Source: Polymyxa betae A26-41
Taxonomy: Eukaryota > Protista > Endomyxa: Phytomyxea
NCBI GenBank assembly: GCA_003693705.1
Contig: RBZT01000721.1
Coordinates: 1-64,000, forward strand
Length of the DNA stretch: 64,000 nucleotides
Reading direction: 5' to 3'
Position numbers and translations under genes: made by a program. Below are positions 12,645-23,146 of the stretch, piece after piece. The notes under the pieces are model-generated. The model made no database searches. It saw nothing but the letters and a program-made list of their open reading frames with translations, and was not told the origin of the DNA. Every line of letters begins with the position of its first letter. Positions within the stretch are counted from its first letter, which is position 1.

Positions 12645-14942
12645 ATGGACGGCAGCAAATCGGATCGCCAGCGCAACTTCAAGAAGGGCATCGATATGGA
12701 CCTGGCCCGGCGTCGTCGCGAAGAGACCACGGTCGAGCTGCGAAAATCGAAACGTGACGAACAGATTCAGGTCGGCGTGCCATTCGTCCTGCTCATAGAT
12801 TTATTTATATGATGATAGAAACGGAGAATGGGTGCCCAGGGCGGCTGGAAGCCCGATGACATGATGTCGGGTATGTTACCGCCGCGCGATACAATCTCAC
12901 CCGCCACCGTCGCCGATCTCTCGCAGCTGATCGCCGGCGTCAACTCCGATGATCCCAACATCCAGTTCGAGGCGACCACCCAGTTCCGAAAACTGCTCAG
13001 CATTGGTTTGTCTCGTTCAGGCTTGCCCGCGGACGGTCGTGCTTAACCAGCCCATGCAGAGCGAAACCCGCCGATCCAGCAGGTGATCGACTCGGGCGTC
13101 GTCCCGCGCCTCGTCGTCTTTCTGGGCAGCGACCAGCATGCCCAGCTGCAGTTCGAAGCTGCATGGGCGCTCACCAACATCGCTTCAGGCACATCTCAGC
13201 ATACCAAGGTGGGTGGCCGCGCCTCCACTGTCATCCGCTCTCATAGTTAATCATCACTGTCTTTAGAATGTCATTGACGCTGGTGCTGTCCCCATCTTCA
13301 TTTATCTATTGAACTCGCCGCATGAGGACGTCAAGGAGCAGGCCGTCTGGGCCCTGGGCAACATCGCCGGCGATTCGCCCGAGTGCCGCAACTACGTCTT
13401 GTCGCAGGGCGTTCTGAACCCGCTCATCGATCTCTGCCAGCGCACCGATGCCAAGACGTCTTTGCTGAGAAACGCGACCTGGACGCTGTCGAATCTGTGC
13501 CGAGGCAAGCCGCAGCCGCCCTTCGACATGGTTCGCCCAGCCCTGCCCGTTTTGGCGCATCTCTTGTACGGAGTGGCTGTTAGTCTGGCTTCTGTATTAT
13601 TGAGGCAGAGTTTATCAGGAACTCCACCGATGAGGAAGTTGTTACTGACACGTGCTGGGCGCTGTCTTATCTGTCGGATGATACCAATGCCGATAATGAG
13701 AAGATTCAGGTTTGTAGTTTACAGTAACTTTGATGGGTTCAACAGAGCGTTTCCGTTAAGGCGATTCCTCGCCGTGTTTCTTATTGTTTATAACAGGCTG
13801 TGATTCGCGCCGGCGTTGTGCGGCGCCTGGTCGAGCTTCTGCACCATCACTCGACGATGGTGAAGACGCCAGCTCTTCGTACCATCGGCAACATCGTCAC
13901 TGGTGACGATGTCCAGACCCAGGTTGTCGTGAATCGTGGCGGTCTGGCTGGATTGTTGTCGCTTCTCAGCAACGACAAGAAGGGCATCGTCAAAGAAGCC
14001 TGCTGGACTATTTCTAACATTACCGCCGGTAATTCCGACCAGATTGAGCAGGTTAGCGACTTCGATATTTTCATTGTTGAGATTGATGCTGATGTTTCCG
14101 GCAGGTCATTGCTGCCAATTTGATCCCGCCTCTGGTTGCCAAACTAAGATCGGCAGAATATGACATCAAGAAAGAGGCTGCTTGGGCGCTCTCAAATGCC
14201 ACGTAGTGCTTATTATGACTTTTTATGTTGTTTTACTGATTCTGTTTTGCTTTTATTTTGTTCTCTTCGCTTTGATGCAGGGTGTTTAATCCTTATTTAT
14301 ATGGCCTCCCGTGTGTTTCGCTTTTCTTCCAAATCAAAAATTGCCTCCTTTTTGTTGTTCTATACTACCTCTCCATCCTTGTAATTTATTTACAATTTGC
14401 CATTCTTCTCTTTGTTATGCACTGCATTTTTTTCTTATCGTTTGTTCAGGTCTGGTGGTACTGACCAGCAGATCCGGTATTTGGTGTCACAAGCTTGTAT
14501 TCCTCCTCTCTGTGATTTGTTCACCTGCTCCGATCCGAAGATGATTATTGTCGCAATGGAGGGTATTGAGAACATCCTTCGTGTCGGAAAGAAGGTTAGC
14601 GGGTCCATCAACAATATCATCCTCCATTCGCTGAATTTTTTCAAGGATATGATGGCTACTGGATCTGATGCGAATCAGTATGCCGTATTTGTCGAGGAAT
14701 GTGAAGGTCTGGACAAGCTTGAACGATTGCAGAACCACCCGAACAAGGACATCTACAAGAAGGCGTTACAAATTCTTCGGGCGTATTTCGAGACGGACGA
14801 ATTGGTATGAGAGCTGTACATCCCTGTTTCCATCTGTGTTTAATGTTCTCTTTAGGAAACCGGTTTGGAGCCAGAAGCGCAGACAGGCCAGTTCGCCTTC
14901 GGTGGACAAAATATCCCAAGCTCAGGCTTTCAGTTCTCTTAA
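12645..14942 (+). CDS. Importin subunit alpha, multi-exon
   Basis: IBB domain (FKKGID..ARRRREE..VELRK.KRDEQ), ARM repeats ([40 protein letters not shown]) and C-terminal GFQFS*. Confidence 0.97.
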
Positions 14943-15225
14943 AATTAGTAAAATGAAGATCTTTCTTGTTATCAAAGTGAATGGGATTTTGTAGTGTTTA
15001 ACCCTCTTGTATATTTTTTTGTAATTCTGTATACAAGAGTCTCTCCACATTTACAGCCATGTTATTTTCGTCTGCTTTTTGGGTTTGTTTATAACTCAAA
15101 TCAGTCAAATATCCAGAATTTGGAATGTCATGTAACCCTCGATTCCATGACTGTCTGTTGCCTTTATCTGGTCGGTACGACAACGATCAGCTTCTCAGTA
15201 TTTCTGTCATTGTTAAGCCGGAGAA

Positions 15226-15591
15226 ATGGCATCCGAGATCGAGGAGTCACTGGAGCGCATCAAGAACCGGCCCGGGGTCGAAGGCGTTCTGATTGTCAAT
15301 AATGAAGGCGTCCCAATTCGCCCATCGAAGGGCATGGACGAGGAGATGACGCGCGAGTATTCGGCCCAGCTGGCCCAGCTGGCGGTCAAGGCCCGGAGCG
15401 TCGTTCGCGATCTGGATCCACAGGTTGCTTTTTGAGCTTCTCGTCGCAGCATATTTCTGATATTCTCCTGGTTGTAGAACGACCTAACATTTCTTCGGAT
15501 CCGATCATTAAAGCATGAAATTATGGTGGCGCCCGATAAAGACTTCCTCCTGATTGTGATTCAGAATCCCAGCGTGGAAGAGAAACAATAA
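15226..15591 (+). CDS. DYNLRB: Dynein light chain roadblock-type
   Basis: [20 protein letters not shown]...[12 protein letters not shown]|[31 protein letters not shown]; one intron. Confidence 0.96.
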
Positions 15592-15932
15592 TTCTTTAGG
15601 GTTGGCATCTAAAGTTCAATCTAGACAGGTCTGGATACTAAACACCACCAGACCTTATCTCCGCTTTCGATTCGAATATCTTTTCATAAATTGTCTATTC
15701 CTATTGTGGTACTGTAATGGGAAAGAGCTTAATTTGCGAGACTTGAGTTCTGGAAATTGCACTTCGCGTAGTTTGAACACCACGCACTTTTCGTACTTTT
15801 TCCACATGCGCACTGTGCTATTCCTGCTGCAGAGTGCAGATTAATAAGCGCAACTTTTCCGATATCTTCTCAAGAGCCAATGAATGTTTATTCTTAAAGC
15901 GCGCTGGATTAAATTGAAGCTGCTCCGATGTT

Positions 15933-17571
15933 ATGATGAATTCGCACCTGGGTCGAACCATGAAGCCGGCGACGACAACCGGACCCTTGCTGGTTCGGGA
16001 GTATATCAACAAGGTCTGCAACCTTCCCGTTGCATTATCTAGATCCCAACCATGCCTATCCAGATTCTATATGGAGGTTCATCAGGCTATTTTAATTCCC
16101 AGCCGGTTATCAGCCGACCCCCAACGCCCATCGATTTCGCTGCATTAAAGGGCGAGAAATCATATCGACAACGACTTCATGATCTGTATTGGGAGAATCC
16201 ATATGGCTGGATGACACCAGTCGAGATCTTCCAGGTCGGCAATCGTCACTGTCAAGTCTATCGAACCCTAAACCCTAACCCTAGCCGACTTACGCCCTGG
16301 GCATCCTATCCTGGATCCGATCCAAGCTCCATCCGGGACAGAAGAAACTACAGATCCTGGAAATTGGCGGCGGTCTGGGCACATGTAAGCACAAAGGGCC
16401 AGCATCCCTAACATCCCCGAGGGCCTGCATGACCTATCATTGTAAGGTGGGAAAAACATTCTCGATCACGTACGGGACCATGACCGGGACCTGTACGACT
16501 CGGCGTCGTACACTCTGCTGGACATCAGCGAGCAGTACCATCGGCAGCAGCAGGTCGTGTTGGCCGATCACGAGGGTCAGTCGTTCCCTACTAGGGTTTA
16601 GGGTTTTACATTGAAGTCTGCAACGCACAGGGAAATGCGAGTTCCATCTGGGCTCAGCCGCCGACCTGCCCGAATTCGAATCGATTCAGGGAGACGTCCC
16701 GACCTTCGTACTGGCCCTGGAGTGCCTCGACAACCTAGCGCATGATAAGATCTGCGATCACCATCAGGTCCGGTCGGCCTGGGGTCCAGTACGGCTGCCA
16801 GTACCGGGTATTAATGTTCCGCTCTGTTTAGATCATGGTGAAGCCGAGTTCGGACAGCACGGCGCCGTGGGTGGAATACCGGACCCCGATCTCTGACCCG
16901 CTCATTGCCGAATATCTCGAGATCATGAATACCTCCGACTATTTCGTGAGTCGTATCTGATCGCGAAGTTCCTCTGATATGAATGGGTGTTCAAAAGGAG
17001 AGGGAGAGCGCCCTGTCTAAACTGCAACAGATGGAGCAGTGCGAATTCTTACCGACTTCGGCGTTCTCCTTTCTGAAACGATTGACGAAACAGATCCCGA
17101 ACCATCACCTTCTGGTCGCCGATTTCAAGTAACAACACCCCCTAACATCGGCTAGGGTTTAGGGTTTCCTGACTGTTCCCCCTTCAGTTACCTCCCAGAC
17201 ACCATTCCGGGCGCTATCAACGCCCCGATCGTCGCCGAACGCTCTCTAGAAACGGTACGCCTTTTTTCCCGTGGCCGTACCGCCCCGCGCGCGCCTTGCT
17301 CTGATCCGTCTGCCAGGCCGGCGATACGCACGATCACGATACCTATCTGCTGCCGGCCGGCGTCCGCGCCGACGTCTTCTTCCCCGTCGATTTTCAGAAA
17401 CTCAAATACGTGTACGACTACGTCCGTGGCGAGCGCAATGGCCAACAGACCCGCGTCCGGTCGTCGCGGGAATTCCTGGTCCAGTACGCCGATTACCAGC
17501 GCTGCCGGACCGCATCCGGGTATAACCCGCTCCTCGAGGACTACGTCAACACGTCGATTCTGACGTCCTAA
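15933..17571 (+). CDS. NDUFAF7: NDUFAF7/MidA-family SAM-dependent methyltransferase, 9 exons
   Basis: LLVREYI..ILY...GYF, WMTPVEIF, ILEIGGGLGT, ALECLDNLAHD, ADFN|YLPD, ADVFFPVDF, GYNPLLEDYVN. Eight GT-AG introns reconstruct the frame. Confidence 0.88.
16264..17167. repeat. Telomere-type (T2-3AGGG) repeat blocks inside NDUFAF7 introns
   Basis: AACCCTAAACCCTAACCCTAG 16264-16284; CCCTAAC 16406-16412; CTAGGGTTTAGGGTTTT 16591-16607; CCCTAAC 17140-17146 and CTAGGGTTTAGGGTTT 17152-17167. Confidence 0.9.
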
Positions 17572-17581
17572 TAAAACCGAA

Positions 17582-18573
17582 ATGGGTGTGTATGACGGCG
17601 CGGCGGCACGCGTCGTTCGGGATCTCAGGAGCCTCGGGAGGCGGCACGCGACGCATTCGTTCGTTTCGGCGACGATGAAGCTGGTGGGTCGGCCGCTGCT
17701 CAGCGACGTTATCGGACGACTGTTTCGGGCCGCCATCGTCAACATTCGCTTCTGGTACTTCACCGATATCGACGCCCTGGGGCAGAATGCGATCGGCGCC
17801 ATGGATCCGTCTCGGGTCCCGAACGCCCTCATCGGCCATCATTGGACGTTTCTATTAACGGTCGCGGTGACGGCCGCCGCCCTTCCCTATGCCTCGCAGG
17901 TCGCCAACTTCTCCATCGCCATCTTACCACTGAAACCGCTTTCGTAGAAATACGCCTATGGATATTCGGTCCTGAAACCGATCGATACCACGTTCTTGTT
18001 AATCAGCTTGTTTCTATCGACGGTAACGGCAGCAGTACGTCAGGCTTATATCTGGAAAACCAAGGCGCTGGAGCGCGATCATGCCCGACTTCTACGTCGA
18101 TATAAACACCTCGAGCGACGATTCAACGTCTGGCCGCTGCCAGCTACAAGGCAGGTCAGCACATTGCTGCAGAACTTCGAAACGCATAAGGTCTTGGAAA
18201 CGCCCCCAAAAACTCGTCGTCTCGATCTGAATCCGATTCGCAGCTGGCTGTGATCGAATCGGGGTCGTTTATGTTGTTAGCGAGCCTGATTGTGACGGCG
18301 ATTCATGCCGGCTTGATAACACAATCTGTAAGGCGATAACACTTGTTGATGATTCAGGCTAAGCTGTATCAGATCTTGAGACTCAGTATCAACTATCAGA
18401 TCGTGAGGTTAAAGGCTCAGGCGACCGTGATGCTGCCCTATAATCTGATCGCGCTGGTCAATGGCACCACCCTGCTCGATTACGTCCTGCGCGTCCCGAT
18501 CATCACCCGATTCCAATGGCTCTACTGCCTGACACATTTCCCGCCGATCCAGCCGCCGGCTGAAGGCGGATGA
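17582..18573 (+). CDS. Multi-exon membrane protein of unknown function (start may be 17801)
   Basis: Hydrophobic segments WTFLLTVAVTAAALPY and TFLLISLFLSTVTAAV joined in frame by a GT-AG intron. The 3' exon structure is unresolved. Confidence 0.5.
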
Positions 18574-18830
18574 TGACGATCTCCTCTCCTGTAGAATAAT
18601 AACTTAATATATGAGATCTACACATAGGTAGATGATTTCTCTTAATAGAAGGATCATCTGCCTAAAATGCCCGTACGGATATTTTACAAAATTTTTATCA
18701 CTGTTTATTTGTGCGCAGTCAGAAATGTTACGGCAAAAAGTGGAAATATGAATACAGAAGCGAGGTGCGTCAGCATCCCGTCGAACGTCCATTGGCGTCA
18801 TCGGTATCTGCGAGCTGCACCCCATCGCCA

Positions 18831-19320
18831 ATGGCATCGTCGCCTGCCCAAGATGCGGCCATCATCACGGATTTACAGGCGGATACATTCCAGGTCAGGA
18901 TCGTGCTGGTCGCCGCCGACGACGCTCTCTCTCACCGCTCCCCGATAGTCGGCGTTCTACGACACCATGGACTACCGGCGTGAGGCGGTCAGCAAGTTCT
19001 ACCAAGACGATTCCGTCGTCGTCTGGAATGGAACGAGAATCAAAGGCCTGGCGCCGATCGATAACTTCTACCGCTGCATGCCCATGTCCCGGCACGAGGT
19101 TGCCTCCTACGATATCCAGGCGATCGACGCCGGCGCCGGCACCATGGCCGACAGCCGCGACCTGCTCGTGACCGTCGCCGGCACCGTCTGCTTCGGCAAG
19201 GAGACGACCGGAAACTTCCACGAGACGTTCGTCCTGCGCCGAGACCGACGCGTCCCGAATCGAAATCACGCCTACTTCATTGTTCTCGATACATACAGGT
19301 TTAATAAATCGGCTGTGTAA
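18831..19320 (+). CDS. NXT1: NTF2-related export protein (NXT1-like)
   Basis: ADTFQ|SAFYDTMDYRR..VSKFY...VVWNG...LLVTVAGTV.FG....FHETFVL...YFIVLDTYRF. Confidence 0.85.
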
Positions 19321-19492
19321 TTCGTAAAAATGTTTTTTTTATTGGAAAAAAATTGTTTTAAAAGATTACGGAAGTTTGTTATGATTCATTGCGTATTTGT
19401 TTTGAATTGAAGTGGTCGGATCGGCGGCTGCTGGTGCCCAGGTCCCTTCTCAGCTCTGCCGATTCGAAGAGCGTCACGGTCCAGGAGACGAC

Positions 19493-19888
19493 ATGGTAGA
19501 GAAGGGCGTTGTGTTGCTGGGCGGGCTCGCTGATTGTGTCGCTCGTAGCACTTCTTTTCGTTCTTCAAGACGCTGGTTGGCAAGCAGGTCACGATCGAGC
19601 TCAAGAACGATCTCAGGCTGAAGGGCGATCTGCATTCGGTCGATCAGTTCCTGAACATCAAGCTGGATAATGTCGAGGTTGTCGATCAGGAGCAGTTCCC
19701 TCATATGGTCGGTTTTCGCCTGAAATCATCGAACGTCGTCTCTGAAGCAAGTTGCTGTTTAGATGTCTGTGAAAAAGATTTTCATTCGAGGTTCCGTGGT
19801 TCGATATATCGAGCTTCGAAAGGCGGATGTTGATACCCAATTGCTGCAAGACGCCAGTAGACGGGCTGCCAGACCCGAAGCTGATTAA
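19493..19888 (+). CDS. LSM2: U6 snRNA-associated Sm-like protein LSm2
   Basis: M|HFFSFFKTLVGKQVTIELKNDL...LHSVDQFLNIKL...FPHM|MSVKKIFIRGSVVRYI...DTQLLQDASRR; the first coding exon is ATG only. Confidence 0.96.
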
Positions 19889-19937
19889 AAACATCACGAA
19901 TTCGTTTACGTCATTGTAAAATTTTTCAGATTTCGAT

Positions 19938-20604
19938 TTATGTCGTGGACGAGATCGGTCGCTGCATTCTCCAGGATTTCACCGATTCGCATGGATAGTT
20001 GTTCTTCAGCCGCAGTGCGACGAAGTGCAGCTTCCTGTACAGGGCGATTGCTGCCTGATTGCTCTCAATCACATGCAGGCGGATTTCTTGGGCGGCAACT
20101 TTGCTTTCCGCGAAGACCACGACTTGATTGATCAAAGCGGTGGCAATCCCTCGACGGCGACAGTCGTCATCGACCCAAAGAAAGAAGATCTCCACGTAGT
20201 TGGCGCGATTCTTGGTCGATTTCGAGCCGCGTTTACGGCAGCCGTTTTGGAAATGAACGAAGATCACGAACCCGATCGCCTTCTGGTCTTCCACAGCCAC
20301 CATGCATCGAAAATTCTTGAAAGATTCGCGATCTGGATTCTAGACGAAGCTGATCAATTACGAACGGATAATGAAAGTCGCCTTTACGAGTCGTTTCCAA
20401 AACCATTCCAGACCGTATTGCTGATCAGAAGGTAATCGAAGCTGTTCGGTCATGCGTCGATCTAGACGCCATCAGTCGTGTCGGCGTTGGAATGGAGTTC
20501 AGCATGCCTGCGAGATCCAATGGGATCAGGTCGTCGGGCTGGAATGGCCGGTAGCCGATCGACGATGCGCGCCATTCTCGAACCTCTTGATCAGCGAACG
20601 ACAT
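19938..20604 (-). CDS. GNAT-family acetyltransferase, 3 exons (first intron GC-AG)
   Basis: Motif A (VDDDCRRRGIATALI) and motif B (LHVIESNQAAIALYRKLHF). The N-terminus MSFADQEVREW..YRPFQPDDL joins through intron 20462-20507. Confidence 0.85.
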
Positions 20605-22067
20605 CGTCCGCAGGAAACAGCACGCATAGTAAAATCATCGATTTGAGCAGCTTCTCGCTACATCTCTCTCATCATTTCATTGATAACTTATTGCAATGTT
20701 CGATAGCGAAGTTTGCCATCATGTTTGTTTTTCAGACGTGTTGAATCTCCACCTTCATATCGAGTTGGATGGTCAGGACAGCCTCCCCGATACCCGCGAT
20801 GACAGCTCTCCTCTCTGGCGCTGTTCCACCTCTTCCTGAACGAGGCTTGTTCCTTCTTCGCGACGTTCTTCTCGAACCGAGATGCCGCTTTCTGGATTTA
20901 TGGGTGTAATGAAGAACCGCTTCGAAATTGGAAGTAGAAGCACTGATAGATATTATGGCCAGACGCCTGAGTACTATCGGCCTTGCGTTTCGGATAGAGC
21001 GCCGCCTGTTGACCAAAATCAACGAACTAGAATAATCCAATCCAATCCAATCCGCTTTCTGGATGTCGTTGTCAGCAGAATAGTCTCGCGTGTTGGAAAT
21101 CATCCCCCATTCCAAAAATGATATAAAAACCATACCATCAAAGATCCCCATCCCAATGATATTATCACCAAACAGATTCCTTAAAATGGTCTCCCATGAA
21201 CCATGAAGTAAAAATCTAAATTGAATCCACCCATCAAAACAAGTATTACGATAGATTGATGTCGTGCTTTATCGCAGTCTCGGATGTCTGCTGGTGATTT
21301 CCAATCGCTGATGGATTCGTGTTAATAACCAGTCAGCGGCAATGCATGAGAAAGCCGACGATTGGAAAACTCGGCGTCGTGTGAGTAAATCTCGTCGTAA
21401 TTAAAGTGGTTGCTAGTAAGGGTGGTTTTGTGTTGGCCGCCCGACACGATCACTGGACCAAATGAGTGTTTGGTTGTGAGGACCTTATCTTGTATTGGAG
21501 TTCATCTCTAATTGAATGATGAAGAAGAAAACTTCATTAGCTGGTCTCGACTGGAAGTTCACCACACGGAAACCTCACGACATTTCTTGAGGAGGATATC
21601 CTTCATTAGAGAAAAGCTTATGATATCCAACGTCTGGTTGATGTTCGTTAGAATGAGTCGCTTTTCGAGATTGTTATCGATTGGCGAAGATTATCTAAGG
21701 ACGAATTGACATGGAAACCGTTATCATTTATCTACGAAGATGCTCCTCAAGATTATTACGTTCTTTTCGGAAAGTAAGGATGCAGTTAGCTGCAAGGCAT
21801 GGCTCTCTCTCCAGGCGGACGAGGGGAGTGTAGATTTCTTAGAATCTTTTTGTTCTGTTTCTTTTTACGTTCTGATGATTTTTTTGTTGGGACCATTATA
21901 AGCATGGCTCTTTAGTCCGTTGCAAAGAAAAATGATACCGGTATTCCAGCTTGTTATCAAGTTTGCTTCCTGACGTTTTGTAATTCCCTGATTTTTGGTC
22001 TTGATTTCCAATAGACGACATTCGATACCGTGTTCGTACATCTTTTCACCTATGCGCCAAGTAAATG

Positions 22068-22935
22068 TCAAAGTCGAAAATAACAAAAAGGCAGGCAGCA
22101 TACCTTGCGGTGCTTCCTGCATTGAAGAATGGCTTTCTGAATGAGACCAGTAAATAATGCCGAGTAGATTACAGTTACCCAGTGCTTGTGATATCGTCGC
22201 TTAATAGCTAGTTTATCCTCTTCAGATAGTTGATAGAGGGCAGCTTCGTTTGCAGGAAGAACGCAACCAGGAGTTCTTGGTAATAAACAGCTATAATCAA
22301 CATATAATGGATCAAGCTTCGGTGCAGCGCTCGTCTTTCGATTCCTTCCTGTAATCATTACAGAGGGCCCAGATTTGCCAATCTGGTTGGGATATACATT
22401 AGGGTCTAAAGGTTCCCAATATGAACTATAGCCTTTCGGGGGGTTGTTCGCAACAATCGGTGCTGATTGACAGCGTCGCATTGGGCGATCTTTCGGAGAA
22501 GGGAAAGGAATCCGAGGCGACACAATTTCTTGAAAAATTTCTTGCCCTGGATCGGGGATGGCATCGTCGTCCCGTATTGTCACAGTATGAACATTGGTAG
22601 ACCGAGAACGAAAGGCAGGACGACGGCTATCAAACAATTTGAATTCAGGGAAGGTTCTTGCAAGTGGGAGACGAAGACGGATTGGAATTTTCGGAACCGA
22701 GATGGGTTTCTCGCTTCTCCTTGCAGGTCGAAGCGATTTCTGTGTTCTGCATCGCGACCTGAATGCCCGTTTGGGGCTGGTGATTGACACTTCAGGGGAG
22801 TTCGATCTCTTTACAAACCAGGCTCGGCATTGGTCTATTGTCAATCCTGTGCGATAGTGAGACGTAAATCAGCAGCAGGTTAGAATGCAGACCATGCTGG
22901 ACCGGGCAAACGGGTCGGTCGGGCCATACGAACAT
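22068..22935 (-). CDS. Basic proline/arginine-rich protein of unknown function; probably extends further 3'
   Basis: A 258-codon open frame plus a short first exon (MFVWPDRPVCPVQH) joined by a GTCTGC...CACAG intron. Confidence 0.5.
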
Positions 22936-23034
22936 TAACAATGTTGCAGCAATCGAAATGATCTCGATGGAGCCTTAATGAGGGTACTTCATAGCAAAGC
23001 GATCACTGCAGGTGAAACGTAGACCCAGTGGCCC

Positions 23035-23082
23035 GGCCTTCGTCCATGTCGCTTGGCCTTCGTCCATGTCGATCGGACTTCG
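23035..23082. repeat. 20-bp tandem repeat in a divergent promoter
   Basis: GGCCTTCGTCCATGTCG occurs twice with a 20-bp period, followed by a degenerate third start. Confidence 0.8.
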
Positions 23083-23146
23083 ATGTGTCACAGAATGAGA
23101 CACTCCTCTCATTTGTTTGGTATCGTCGCATGGATGACGAGATCAT

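Noticed and set aside
19493-19548. LSM2 first coding exon consisting of ATG only
   Set aside because: An intron directly after the start codon is a known arrangement for LSM2 in other eukaryotes, so it is not novel.
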